DNA from: the human T2T-CHM13v2.0 reference genome, Homo sapiens
Assembly: GCF_009914755.1 (NCBI RefSeq)
Contig: NC_060947.1
DNA: 64,000 nt
Reading direction: 5' to 3' (one strand)
Shown here one piece after another: positions 13,457-31,308 of this stretch; within the stretch, counting starts at the first letter, position 1, and each line of letters begins with the position of its first letter. The notes beneath the pieces were generated by a model. That model searched no databases. It saw nothing but the letters and a program-made list of their open reading frames with translations, and was not told the DNA's origin. The position numbers and the translations under genes are program-made.

Positions 13457-13918
13457 GTCATTCTCAAACTTGGTCTCAGGATGCTTTTATACTCTTAAAT
13501 TATTGAGGATCCCAGAGAGCTTTTGTTTATGTGGGGTTACAGCCATTGATGATTTACTGTATTAGAAATGAAAACAGACATTTAATAAAGTTATGTATGC
13601 TTTTAAAAGTAACAAAACCCCACTGCATGTCAATTAGATATTTTTATGAAAAATAACTTTTCCAGAACAAAAATTAGAAGAGAGGCATTGTTTTACATGT
13701 TTTACAAATCTCCTATCTGGCTTAATAGAAGACAACTGGATTCTCTGCCTCCTTCTGCCTTCAATCTATTGCGATATAATACGTCATATAGCCTTTGGAA
13801 GAACTCCATAGTACACTTGAGAAAGAATGACAGTGAAAATGGCAAGTAAAGTCTTAAGAAAACAATTTTGACCTCTCTGACCTCTTGAAAAGATCTCAGG
13901 GATCTTTGAGAACCAGTG
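13457..13918. mobile_element. hAT-Charlie family DNA transposon fossil
   Basis: TTCTCAAACTTGGTCTCAGGA...TTATTGAGGATCCCAGAGAGC start and TTTGAGAACCAGTG end. Confidence 0.55.
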
Positions 13919-14035
13919 TCTTAGACTGCCAAGAGAAGATGTGATGTTATCTTTTGAGTGGCTTATCTACTGTAAATTTTATTTTAACTGAGATATATAA
14001 CTTACAGTAAAATGCACAAATATGAGATTGTATAG

Positions 14036-15381
<1,346 letters not shown>

Positions 15382-15739
15382 TAGGATACATATGTGTTTA
15401 GCTTTAGTTAATACTGCCAAACAGATTTCCCAAGTAGTTGTACCAGTTTAAACTCCTACTAGCAGTAGGTCGTGTTGCTCTTCCTTATCAATACTTAGTA
15501 TTATTATCAGTCAGTGTTTCTAATTTTAGCCCTCTTGGTGGAAGTTTAGGAATATCTGGTGGCTTAAATTTGTATTTGTGTCTAGTGTTTAGAATACTTT
15601 CACATGCTCACCAGTCATTTTACTATTTAACTCTTGCTTACCTATAAAATTTGAAGCTTGGCTAATAACATCTTGTGTAGTTCAAAATCACTAGTTGAAT
15701 GAATTTTCTGAAATGAGGCTTTTAAAAATAAACTTAATT

Positions 15740-15903
15740 GGCTGGTCATGGTGGCTCACACCTGTAATCCCAGCACTTTGGGAGGCCAAGGCAGGTGGAT
15801 CACGAGGTCAGGAGATCGAGACCATCCTGACCAACATAATGAAACCCTGTTGCTACTAAAAATACAAAAATTAGCTAGGCTTGGTGGCATATGCTTGTAA
15901 TCC
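15740..15903 (+). mobile_element. 3'-truncated Alu
   Basis: Left monomer plus start of right monomer. Confidence 0.88.
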
Positions 15904-16654
15904 CTTTTCTGAGAAGTCTTTAATAGATACTCTCTACCCTCTTCTAATTTACTCCCTTTCCAAGCTTTTTATTAAGGAAAAATCAAACATACACAGATGT
16001 AGATAAACTTCCATTTGCCCATCAATCAGCTTCAACTCATGGCTAGTCTTTTTTACCTACCCCCTTCCATTTTGATGCAAAACCCAGACAGCATTTCATC
16101 TTACATATTTCAGTATATCCCATTCTAATTTAGATGTTTTTTTCCTTGGTGCTCATATTGTGCTGCTCTATTGTAAATTATAAGTTCAATTTAGTTCTTA
16201 CATATTCTCTCATTCTGCTTTGTAAACTTCTCACAGGTAACAATCACTAACACTTAACACCTGTGTGTGAGGATCTATGAAATTGCTTCACCTGCATAAA
16301 TTCTTTATATTCTTACAACAGCTCTAAAAGGTAGATATTACTGTCTCTGTTGTATATATAAGGAAACCAAGGCACAGAGGTTGAATAACTTGTCCAGCTT
16401 GTACACCTAGTTAAGTGGTAGAACAGGAATTCAAACTAAGGCAGTTTATCTTCAGTCTTTAGTGTTAACTACTGCATTACATAATGTCTGAGTAAATGAG
16501 CGCTCTACTGCATATAAGTTCCTTCAATCGTCCTTTTTAATTAGCATTTTTTCCTTGTTAATTTTGCCTCCTGTCTTGCATTTCCAACGGCACACAAGTA
16601 TTATTTGCTCTTTCATAAAATCTAGCTAAAAGGGCCCTTAGCATGCAACTCTCT

Positions 16655-16991
<337 letters not shown>

Positions 16992-17320
16992 TAGCTGTTC
17001 TGCTTCTAATTTTATATGTGATATTCTATCAAAAAATTGCTGACCTCTGGTCTTTTTGTTTAATAATAGTGTCTCTATAATTATGGGGAGAAGGTACCAC
17101 ATACTGAATTTAAATATTTTCGTCTTTTATATACTATATTTTAAATTTTTAATGTTTTTATTTTTGCTTTAACATTGTATTTGAAAATTTCATTTGCAGT
17201 AACTCGATACAGCTTTCACTTTAGATTTTTCTGTTTTGAGTATTAGCCCTTCCGGTGTTAATTTGAGTGTTCGAATCTTTAGGATTAATTGTGCAAAGAT
17301 ATAAAGACTTTAGAGAAGCC

Positions 17321-17724
17321 AGCCAGGCACGGTGGCTCACACCTGTAATTTCAGCACTTTGGGAGGCTTAGGCGGGTGGATCACGAGGTCAGGAGTTCGA
17401 GAGCAGCCTGGCCAATATGGTGAAACCCAGTCTCTACCAAAAATACAAAAAAAAAAAAAATTAGCCGGGTGTGGTGGCACATGCCCGTAGTCCCAGGTAC
17501 TTAGGAGGCTGAGGTAGGAGAATTGCTTGGACCCGGGAGGTTGGCTCACTGCAACCTCCACCTCCTGGGTTCAAACAGTCTCCCTGCTTCAGCCTCCCTA
17601 GTAGCTGGGATTATAGGCGCCCGCCACCACGCCTATAGCAAAGATCGCACTACTGCACTCCAGCCTGGGCGACTGAGCGAGACTCCGTCTCAAAAAAAAT
17701 AAATTAAAAAAAAAAAATAAATAA
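17321..17724 (+). mobile_element. Alu carrying an inverted 93-bp Alu insert (17541-17633)
   Basis: Sense Alu broken in right monomer by antisense Alu sequence; flanking GACTTTAGAG repeat. Confidence 0.92.
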
Positions 17725-17787
17725 TGACTTTAGAGGATACTTCTTCTCAGATCTTTCTTAGTGGAATTTGTGTATGTAAAACTATTA

Positions 17788-18200
17788 CAGAAACAACCCA
17801 AATGTCCATTGTCCATCAAGTGATGAATGCATAAATAAAATATACAATGGAATATTATCTGTCAATGAAAAGAAATGAAGTACTGATACATGCTACAACT
17901 TGGATGAACTTTGAAAATGTTATGCTTAAGTGAAATAAACCAGTCACAAAAGACCTCATATCACATGATGCCATTTATATGAAAATAGATTAGCATGGGA
18001 CTGAGGGGAGGTTGGAGGGAAGGGAGAATGCTATTAATGGTATGAAGTTTCTTTTTGGGGGTGATGAAAAAGTAATCTGAGATCGATTTTGGTGATAATT
18101 GTGCAACTCTGAATATACTGAGAACCTTTGACTTGTACACTTTAAATGGACGATTTGTATGGTATGTGAATTAGATCTCAAGGGTGTTATTTTAAAAAAC
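17788..18200 (+). mobile_element. Old L1 (L1M-type) 3' fragment
   Basis: AAACAACCCAAATGTCCAT, ACAATGGAATATTAT, CTGATACATGCTACAAC motifs. Confidence 0.8.
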
Positions 18201-18359
18201 TTAAATATAATTTATAATGATAATCTCATTGATTAAACATAATTTGAAATTTTTTGGTGTACTTTTTCAGATTCTTTACATTTATGATTTAACCAATCTG
18301 GTTTTGGAAGATACAGGCAGAAAGAACACCCAGTGGAGGCACATAAAAAATGTTACTAG

Positions 18360-18657
<298 letters not shown>

Positions 18658-18801
18658 GTTAATTATTAATACTGCCTTGTCTAAAATGTCATAAATGAAA
18701 TGAGATCTTTCTTTTCAGTGTATTGGGTTAGCATTTCATGATTGGGTTAGTAACTTAGAAAAGTTAGATAATTTTGTCAAAAATTGGTAAAAAGCTGTTA
18801 A

Positions 18802-19160
<359 letters not shown>

Positions 19161-20102
19161 TGATAGTTAGGCATACCCGCATTCTGTAACATTTGATGTG
19201 ACTTATGTCTAATATTAAGTCAACATTGCTCACCTATTGGCTGATTTAGGGACTGGGATTTGTCGGAACTTCACAGCCTTTGTAACGATTTAAAAAAGGA
19301 GTTAAGAAAGGTGTTTTCTTTTTAAAATAAGTCTTTTCGTTTTGATGATATTTTTCAACATTAGTACATGCATTTTTGGATTATCCAGATGACTGCCTCA
19401 TAATCAAGAACTGTTAACATCATTTCGGTACTTATGTTAGCTTAATAATGTGTTGGTGCCAAGGGCAAATGATGTCACAGGATACTATGTGTATAGAGTA
19501 GTGTAATCATTCAGGTAGAAGTAGGAACATATGATGGTGGTATAGCCATGCAAAACTCGAACCCATGCCTTAGCATTCAGTAATACACTGCCATCTGTCA
19601 CGTTATATTAATAGTTTTATTTGTATTCCATTTATAAATTTATTTTAGTTTTAGTTATGAGAGCAGTAAGCATAAGGAATTTAATCCTAATTTCATTTCT
19701 GCATTTATTTAAGCAACATTAAAATAGAAAGTGATTAAATTAGTTTTTAAAAATTCTGTTATGATAGAACCAGAATTTGCAAGCTTGAGCCAGCTTACTT
19801 AATATTATTGCTGGAAACCTAGCATTTGGCATTAGGTGACTGGAACTGGGACTGCAGTTTTGTATTTACTAGGTTATTTCTCTATTTATGAAATGGGAAA
19901 TATATTTCTAACTAAAAGGGTCGTTCATTTGTTCATTCTTTCACTCAACAGATAATTAGTTGTGTAGCACCACATAATTTTATCTCATTACTAGTTTAAT
20001 TTTCCCTACTGTCAAATTTTCTTCAGAGCCAGCACAAAATCTGATAGGAATATTATGCTATGAATTGTCTTCTAGAAGGTAAGATACCACCCCCACTCCC
20101 CC

Positions 20103-20394
20103 TTTTTTGAGACAGGTTCTCGCTCTGTCACCCAGGCTGAAGTGCAGTGGCGTGATCATGGCTCACTATAGCCTTGAACTCCCAGGCTTAAGCCATCCTC
20201 CTGTCTCAGCACTCCCAGTAGTTGGGACTACAGGTGCATGCTACCACGCTGAGCTAATTTTTGTATTTTTTGTAGAGAAGGATTTTGCCATATTGCCCAG
20301 GCTGGTGTGCTGGGCAATTCCTGGGCTCAAGTGATCTGCCCACCTCGGCCTCCCAAAGTGTTGGGATTACAGGTGTGAGCCACTTCACACGGCC
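20103..20394 (-). mobile_element. Alu (AluJ-like)
   Basis: Diverged dimer. Confidence 0.9.
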
Positions 20395-21361
20395 TATACC
20401 TTTAACTTGAAATTTACTTTTTAAAAAATAGGACAAAATAATTTTAAAATGTGGTAGGATTCTGTTGTAATGCAATGGAATAACAGCTATATCAGTAAAA
20501 CTGTTGAGGCTGTTCATTTATTTAAAAACCTAAGCAATTGTGGTGTGTATACCAGGAGCAGCAAATTCTGATAATTTATAGTTGGGAGAATAATTTTCCT
20601 CTGGGCTGGTCTAGAGATTATATTTATAGGGACCCTCTGAAGATTCAAAAATAAGAATTGTCAAGAGGGGATAATCAGCATTTCAAGAGAGGAATAACCA
20701 GCACTTGTTAAAACACCTGCTCTTTACTGGGTCCCTCTGTGTGTCTGGTACTTCACATACATTCTCCTATTAAAGCTTTTCAACAGTCTCTGGAGGTATT
20801 AGCCATCTTGAGAGAGAAAAAAAAAAGATACCTGGAGTTAGAACATCATCTGTTGTCGGCCTGTCTGCTATGTTGCAGTATATGCATTGTTGAAAACCTC
20901 ATAGTCTGCAAAAATCAGGTACCAAAAACTAACAATGTGTATAGGGAAAAATGGGCTTAAGAGTAAACTGATCACTTCAAAGCTATGTTACTTTGTAATT
21001 AGAGCACTAACAAAACAATAAAAATTCCAGTAAAATAGCACAGTTTTGAAGATCCTAAATTTCTGACAAACTACAATAAATATAGGACTTGAAAAAGGTA
21101 GCTTGATGGAAGGGGCAGGTATAAGGGGGAGGGTTGGGGTGACTGACTTAGAGAGACAAAGCTAAGATGCATAAATATCAGGTGGAACTGCGTACATACT
21201 TCTGAGACAGAGCATGTGGCCTGACTAAGCCAAGAAGAATAATGTGGGGCTAGGAGGTGGTGGTGATGAGCATCTGGTTCAGACCTATAACCCCCAACCC
21301 CATGCTGCATTCAGCTTCTGTTACTTGTGGGTACAAAACATCAATGTGTTGGGGGAAAAGT

Positions 21362-22325
21362 GGCAACCACTATTCTACTTTGTGAATTTGACGACTCCAG
21401 GTACCTCATAAGTGGAATCATAAAATATTTGTCCTTTTGTGACCGCTTTATTTCAGTTAACATAGTGCCCTCAAGGTTCATCCATATTGTAGCATGTCAA
21501 AATTTCCTTGCTTTCTAAAGCTGGATTATTTTCCATTGTTTGTATGTATATTTTATTGACACATTCATCTGTCAAATGGATACATATGCTTCCACATTTT
21601 GGCTATTGTGACTAATGCCGCTATGAACATGGGTGTACAAGTATTTGTTCAAGTCCCTTTCAGTTCTTTTGAGTGTATACCCAGAAGTGGAATTGCTGTA
21701 TGTATCATATGTAAATTCTGTGTTTAACTTTTTGAGGAATCACCATATGTTTTCCACAGTGGCTGCACCATTTTACATTTCTTCCAGCAATGCACAGGGG
21801 TTCCAGTTTCTCCCCTTATCCTTGCTATCACTTGTGTTTTCTGCCTTTTTGATTATAGCCATCCTAGTGATATCTCATAGTGGTTTTGGTTTGCATTTCC
21901 CTGATGGCTAATAATGTTGAGTATCTTTTCATATGCTTATTGACCATTTGTATGTCTTACACATTCAGATCCTTTGCCCATTTTTCAATTGAGTTGTCTT
22001 TTTATTATTATTGAGTTGTATGAATTCTTTGTATATTCTAGATACAAGTCCCTTACTGGATACATTATTTGTAAATGTTTTTCTTGTAATTTGTGGGCTG
22101 TGGGTTGTCTTCTCACTGTTTACAGTGTTCTTCGGAGCACAGAAATTTTAAAATTTTGATAAAGTCCCATTTAACTATTTCTTTTGTTGCTCCTGCTTTT
22201 GGTATTGTATCTGTTAGAATCCATTGCCAAATCCTAGGTCATTAAGATTTACCCTCATGTTTCATTCTAAGAGTTCTATAGTTTTTTTATCTTATATTTA
22301 GGTCTTTGATGCATTTCATGTTAAT
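21362..22325 (-). mobile_element. L1 (L1M-type) 3' region / ORF2 end remnant
   Basis: TACCCAGAAGTGGAATTGCTG, CCACAGTGGCTGCACCATTTTACATT, TTTGCATTTCCCTGATG. Confidence 0.85.
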
Positions 22326-22541
22326 TCATGTTGTTACTGGGAAACACTTCTATATGTAGTAGGCTCAACAATGAATTATACACATGTTGTGTTACACAAT
22401 GCATTTTAAGTCAGTTAAGAGAAAGAAATATGCAGTCATACTGTTTTCTTATAATTGCATAATTGTATTTACCAGTGTTATTTCACTGAGTTTGTGTCTT
22501 GTCATGCTCCTCCGGTTGTCATACTGGAAGTATATTTCTGA

Positions 22542-23340
<799 letters not shown>

Positions 23341-23342
23341 AC

Positions 23343-25310
23343 GATAGTTTTATTTCTTTCAGTGCTTGAAGAATGCCATCCCACTGCCTTCTGGCCTTCA
23401 AGTTTTCTGGTGAGAAATCAGCTGTTGGTCTTACTGATGATCCTTTGTATGTGGTGATGGATGCAGTTTTTGCTGCATTCAAGATTGTCTTTGTATTTGG
23501 CTTTTGACAGTTGATGATGTTTCTCAGTCTGGATCTTGAATTTATCCTACTTGGAATTTGTCGAACTTCCTGCGTGTGTAGATTAATGGTTTTCATTAAA
23601 TTTGGAGGCAGTTTTTGATTCTGATTTCTTCAAATGTCTTTTCTGTTCCCTTTTCTCCCGTTTCTGGGGCTCTCATTATGCATATGTTGGTTTGCTTATT
23701 TTGTCACACATTTCTCTGAGGCTCTGTTCATTTTTTTTCTCTGTTATTCAGATTGCTTAATCTAACAGTCTGTATCTTTGCTGATTCTTTGTTCCGACAG
23801 CTCATTGGCTGAATTTTTCGTTTCAGTTATTGTACTTTTCAACACCAGAATTTCCGTTTGGTTCTTTTTGTTGTTAAATTCTGTTAGTCTCTGTTTGTTT
23901 AGAAATTGTCATATTTTACTTCTTTAAGCATGGCTTCCTTTAGTTCATTGAACATAAGCATAAGAGCTGTTTTTGAGGTCTCTGCTAAGTCTGGACCTTC
24001 TCAAAGTCAGTTTCTTTTGCCTACTTTTTTTCTGTATGTGGGGCACACATTCTTCTGTGCATGTCTTAAATTTTTTTGTTTAAAACTGGACCTTTTATAT
24101 AATATAGCAACTTTGGATACCCTACACCTCTAGCAGCTTTGTTGTTTGTTGCTTCCTTATTTATGTAGTGACTGGCTGAACTATTTTAGTGCCTACCCCT
24201 CAGCCTGTGATGTTGCTCTTCAGCGGGTGTAGCCTTAGTCATGCCTGGGATGATGGTGATTTTAGCAAGGCTTTGTGAGTTTCTGTGATCTCTCTGTTAA
24301 ACCTCTCTCTGTGTTGGTATCACATGCACATATTAGCCTCTACTAATTGCCTACTGATTGGTCTGTTGATTTAAATGACTCCTTGGGACATAAATTGCCC
24401 CACAGTCTGATCCAGTTAAATTCTCATGCTTTCCAGGGGTAAGTAATCTTTGAGGCTGTGTCTGAGGTTTGTTCTGACCCCAGGAAGGTTCTTAGCTTTT
24501 ATTTCCCTGGTTCTATCTGGTAAGCTGCTAGCTGAGTAGTTTAACTTGTTGCTGTCCACCACAGGTCTTTTGATAGCTGCTTATTACCATGATCTCTCCT
24601 GTTTTGTGTTGTTTTCCAACACACCCTCAGGCAGCATATTACCATATTGTTTCAAATAGTTCACTTTAAGACAACTTCAGAACTCTGTTCTTACGGCCTG
24701 CCTTTCCCCCTGGGCAAAATCTTTACACCACTGCTTCAGAACTGGGTTGGACTGTGGCTCACTTCTCAGAGTGACACCTCTGCTTCTTGAGCAGGGTGAT
24801 TGGCTTTGCCTGCCATGGAATCTTGACTCTGAGTGAGGTGGGGTGGGGGCCATTAGGACCACGCTTTTCTTGACTTGCTGCACCTGGGGTTAAGAGCGTC
24901 TGCCTCACAAGTGGGGCCTAGCTGGAAAAAAGAGCCCCAGACTTCTTAGCCACTCTTGGTGCAATAGAGCCTGTGCAACTCAAAGTTGGGGGTGTTGAGA
25001 AATGCTGCCTGCCTTTACCTCCTGGGGAGATACCATCAACTGGGAGCTGGGTCGGGGGAGGTGTGTTCTTGGCCGTTCTCACCTGGAGTGGAGCTACTGT
25101 CCTGCTGAGCTGGCTCAAATGCCACAGACTATCCTTACTGAGATATGGTAGATTTTCTTAAATAAATTATTTTTTCATTTGGTATATGCCCTTAGGACAA
25201 TTTCCAGAGGCTTTTAGTGTTTTTTGTTTTTTAAAAAAATAATTTTCACCAGTTAACGATTGTTTCACTGGGGAGAGCATTTACGGAGCCTTTGATGGCA
25301 CCATTCCAAA
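23343..25310 (-). mobile_element. Old L1 5' portion including decayed ORF1
   Basis: ORF 23237..23596(-) reads [17 protein letters not shown]...[33 protein letters not shown], like L1 ORF1p; right boundary uncertain. Confidence 0.8.
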
Positions 25311-27094
25311 AGTTATTTTTAATGTAAAATTACTCAAATTGCCTACAGCCACTTAAAAATTTGTGTTTGAGAATGCTTTGGAAAAGATGCTGAAGTTTAT
25401 ATGTATGTAAAAGCTTCATTACTCTAATTGTGTACGTACAACTTGACAGATGCTCGATATGGAGGAGGTTTGAATAAGGGTGTTTGGCCAATTACTGAGC
25501 ATTTCTAAAAGAATACATTTCTGCTGCCACAAAGAATTTTGAATGCAGGATGCAGTTCTGTTGCAGTGACTTATAGGAAGTAGCCATGGATGTACACAGT
25601 AATTTAGTGACAAAAATCAGGAATCTGTAAGGGGTGTGTATGTGTGTGTGAATAGTGTTGGAAATAAAATACGAGCATTTAGCTCAAGTAACATATTTGA
25701 ATTTAACAAAGATTAATTGGACATCTTTATTTGCATTAACCTGAATTATTGATTGGATTTAAAGCTGTCTAGAAGTAGCATCACACGGGATGGGGGGGGC
25801 AGGAAACCTGTGCTTAATACAGTTATCTTGACTGGCTTTGGGTATAATTTATCATAATGTGTGATAAGAATGATAAAGTCTGTGCAAATGATAATGGCAG
25901 TGCTGGTGGAACTAGGAAAAGAAAAGCTTTTACCTTTGAGCAAAGGCCACATTTTAAAATAACTTAGGGATGTTTAGGTGTATAGCTGTGGGCTCAACTA
26001 TTAAAAATAACTTACTGTATTTCAGACTCCTTAACATGAACCTCCTCATTTAACACACTCTGTCAGAGGGAGAGATCCCCAGACTTCTCAGCCACTCCTG
26101 CCTGTTTGAGAAGGATTCTCAAACACCCCCTCCCCCAGAGAAGGGGCCTCATTTTGTTGCCCAGGCTGGCCTCAAACTCCTGGGCTCAAGTGATCTTCCT
26201 GTCTCAGCCTCCGGAGTAGCTGGGGCTATAGGTGTGCACCACCACAGCCAGCTAATTTTTATAACATGATTTTTTATTCCATATATCTGAGGAATACAGC
26301 TAATTGTGTCTTAGTTCCTTGATATGTACTATAACAGTGACAACGATACTTAACATGCAGAAATTGTGAATTAAGTGAAAAATCCAATTTTGTAAAACAT
26401 GTTTCTGCATCAAAAACTAAACAGTTTGTCTTGGGAGTGGGGTTATGGTGAGATTAATGGTAGTTTCCCCCTCCCTTTTCTGACATTATTGATGTATGGT
26501 GTGATAGTTAAAACTGTAGGACACTGGCACTTGTACTGTCTGAGTTTGAATCCTGGCTCCTACCACTTTGACAGCCTGTAGTCCTCTGTCCCAGTTTTTT
26601 TACTCATGAAATTGGGCTGATAATAGGGTTGTTCTAAGGATTAACTTGCTTAGAATAGTGCCTGAGACAAATACTTAAATGTTAGCTATTGTCACTATTA
26701 ATGAGGAAAATGTTATTTAAAATTTGAGGTGTGTCAACCTGGCTGCACTAGTATTGAAGTTGGGAAATGAGAGACAAAGTTGGAAAAATAAGTTAAAGGC
26801 TGATTATGAATGACCTTGAATATGTACCAGATGGAGAAGAGAAGCCATTCAAGGTTTTAGAGATTGAAAGTGTTGAGATTAATTTAGCATTAATATACTG
26901 AACGATTGGTATGGTAGTGTGGACGCTAGCCAGGATGCTGTTAAAATAGGAGTCTAGGCTAGAGTGGTTTGAGTGGGAGTGGAAAAGATAACATTGGACA
27001 CATCATGAAAGAAGAATGGAGGAGATGGGAAGGGAGAGATTTGACTTTGTTTTTACTGTATTTCCCCACACTCCCAATTTTAGTTTTGAGCACT

Positions 27095-27446
27095 GCTATA
27101 GACTGAACGTTTGTCTCCACCCCTCCACCTCGCAAATTCATATGTTGAAACCTAACCCTCATGTGATGAGGTGGGGCCTTTGGGAGGTGATTGGGTCACG
27201 AGAGTGGAACCTTCACAAATGGGATTAGTGCCCTTGTATTAATAAAAGAGACTCCAGGGAGTTCCCTCACTCTTTCTGCCTTGTGAAGATACAGTAAGAA
27301 GATTGCTATCTGTAAACCAGAACGCAGGCCTTCACCAGACGCTAAATATGCTTGGCACCTTGATCTTAGACTCCCCAGCCTCCAGAACTGTTAAGTGTTA
27401 CTTGAGCCACTCACTCTGAGCTTTTGTTACAGAAGGGGCTAAGACA
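27095..27446 (+). mobile_element. MaLR LTR (MLT1A-like solo LTR)
   Basis: TGCTATAGACTGAA start, GGTGGGGCCTTTGGGAGGTGATT, CCAGCCTCCAGAACTGT, CTAAGACA end. Confidence 0.85.
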
Positions 27447-27862
27447 AACAAACACCTGTTGTTTGCCAATGAATCCTTGGGATTCAGTGATGAGCAAAGC
27501 TTGCATAGCTTCTGCCCTTAAGGAGCTTTTATGTTTTAGTAAGAAGATAAACTCACACAGGTGCTATGAGAAAATAGGGTAGCTGGCTCCTAGAGTCTAG
27601 GATGTGAGTACTTGATGAATCCTGAGTCAGGAGAGTTGGGAGCTGCTGAATTAATATGGGTAAAACTAAGCAGACTGCTTTGTTCAGAGGCTCTCAGAGG
27701 TGGCATGAAGGAGCACTTTGTGAAGGAACAACAAGAAGGCAAATTGAACTGGAGTTTGAACAAGCTTTGGCTGGGGTTAGCTGCAAGATGAGGCTGGAAT
27801 TGGGTGTTTGAGGGCCTTGTAGACCATTAGATAAGTATTTTGATCTTCATCCTGGTCTTTGA

Positions 27863-28180
<318 letters not shown>

Positions 28181-29216
28181 TAAGCAGTGCTATGACATAT
28201 TTTGCATTTCAGTAAAACTCATAGTGATGATTTTTAATACCGAAAGAACAAAACAATTGTAGGAATGGATGCAGGCCTGACAGTCACTGCTTTCAAAAGA
28301 AAGCTCAATCCCTTTTCCCTGTTGTTTCCTTTTCTCCCCGTTTGAATTTATAGAGAACAACAGATTCTGTAGAGAACCTTCATGGTATAGTTGGAAGAGC
28401 CAAGGGTTTTAGAGTCTTAACGGAAATTATTGTGATCTTGTATAAGCTCAGTGTACTTAATCTCTTAGCTTCTATTTATGTCTGTTAAATTGGACTGATG
28501 GCTGTATGAGATAGGTATTATGATTAAATGAGATTATACAAATAAAGCACCTACTGTTGTGCTTGATACACAAGTAAGTACTTAAAACTTTTCAAGAATA
28601 ATATACAAACTAAGAACTGGAAAGGAGCCACAGAGAACTTTTGAATGGAATGGAACCAACAAGTCCACAAAAGAAAAAAAATCTTTAGCATAAATACTGA
28701 GACCTGTTTCGCCTTGCCCACAGGGTGGTTATGGACCATAGTGTCTAAATATAATTGATTGTGAGGTGTATGCTACAAGTAATTATAAGCAATTAAATAA
28801 TTAGTTAAAATAGTAATGTTTGCAAATGAGATTACCTAAAAATATTAGAGTCAAGATTATCCCCTTAATAATTATTTTCACTCACATTTCATGTGTTTTC
28901 GATTGAGGCACCAAAAGAATCCTTGAAGTCCAGCATATAAGCTATTAATGTTTGCTGTTTTTATTTTGTGCTCTGCTTTATACAGTTTTTGTTTTTTGGC
29001 AATTTCTCTGTGTCCATAGAAGTGTGTCAAACCTGTGATAACCTTATTTTAGTGTCCTTTCTCATGCTGTGGTAGAAAAACTGCTGTGTAGGTTACTTTT
29101 TCTTCTAGACAACAATGCACTAAAATTTTGTCTTTAAAAACATAATTGAATCTGTCATAGCAACAGCATGTTCAATTTAAAAATTCAAAAAGATCTAAAC
29201 TTGGCTTAAAAATACG

Positions 29217-29633
<417 letters not shown>

Positions 29634-29654
29634 TTATAATTTTAAATCAGTATA

Positions 29655-30957
29655 TAGTTGACCCTTGAACAACATGGGTTCAAACTGTGTGGTCCACTTT
29701 CACTGCAGATTTTTTTCAATAAATATATTGGAAAATATTTTGGAGATTTGTGACAATTTGAAAAAAACAGGATAAACTGCATAGCTTGGAAATACTGAAA
29801 AAATTAAGAAAGGTGTGTCATGAACGCGTAAAATACATGTAGATAATAATCTATTTACTACCATAAAATATACATAAATCTATTATAAATTTAACATTTA
29901 TCAAAACTTAATGCACACAAACGTTTTTATAGACCACATGTGGTGCCACGTGCAGTTGAGAGAAATGTGAACAAATGTAAAGATGGATTAAGTCATAACT
30001 GCATAAAATTAACTAGTACATTCTCTACTACTGTAATTTCATAGCCATCTCCTTTTGCTACTGCGATGAGTTTGTTGTAAGTATCCGATGAAAATATGTG
30101 ACGCTGATCTCTGCATGAGCAGTTCATCTCTCCAGTAAATGGTCTATCATAGTAAAAAATGATCTCTCATGTTCTCATGTATTTTTCATCATGTTTAGTG
30201 CAATACCATAAACCTTGAATAACATTACGGGACTCATGAAGTGCCACTAGTGGTGCTGGCGAACAGGCTCCCAAGAAGCAGAGAAAAGTCATGACGTTAT
30301 AATGTTCTGCAAAGTTTCTTATAAGAAAAAGTTGAATTGCTTGATAGGTACCATAGATTGAGGTCTGAGGTCTGCAGCTGTGGTTGTCCGCCATTTCAGA
30401 TGATTGATCTTGTAAACAGATGATGTAATTTTACTTTATTGGTAAAAACAGTACAGTACTATAAATACATTTTCTGATTTTCTTCTTTCCTTTTTTTTCC
30501 CTTTTCTTTTTTTTTTTTTTGAGACTATCTCACTCTGTCACCCAGGCTAGAGTGCAGTGGTGCGATCTTAGCTCGCTGCAACCTCCACCTCCCGAGTTCA
30601 AGCGATTCTCTGCCTCAGCCTCCCTAGTAGCTGGGATTAAAGGTGCACACCATCACACCTGGCTAATTTTTTTTGCATTTTTTATTAGAGACGGGGTTTT
30701 ACCATGTTGGCCAGGCCGGTCTCAAACTCCTGACTTCAAGTGATCCGCCCGCCTCAGCCTCCCAAAGTGCTGGGATTACAGGTGTGTGAGTCACCACCCC
30801 TTCTGAGTTTCTTTTTTTCTCTAGCTTGCTTTATTGTAAGAATACAGTATTATAATACATGTAACAAAATATGTTAGTCGCCTCTTTATGATCAGTAAGG
30901 CTTCTTGTCATCAGTATGCTGTTAGTAGTTAAGTTTCTGAGGAATCAAAAGTTATTT
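29655..30957. mobile_element. Tigger2-family DNA transposon, interrupted by an antisense Alu (~30478-30800)
   Basis: AGTTGACCCTTGAACAACATGGGTT terminal motif and internal Tigger2-like sequence. Confidence 0.7.
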
Positions 30958-30960
30958 ATG

Positions 30961-31308
<348 letters not shown>

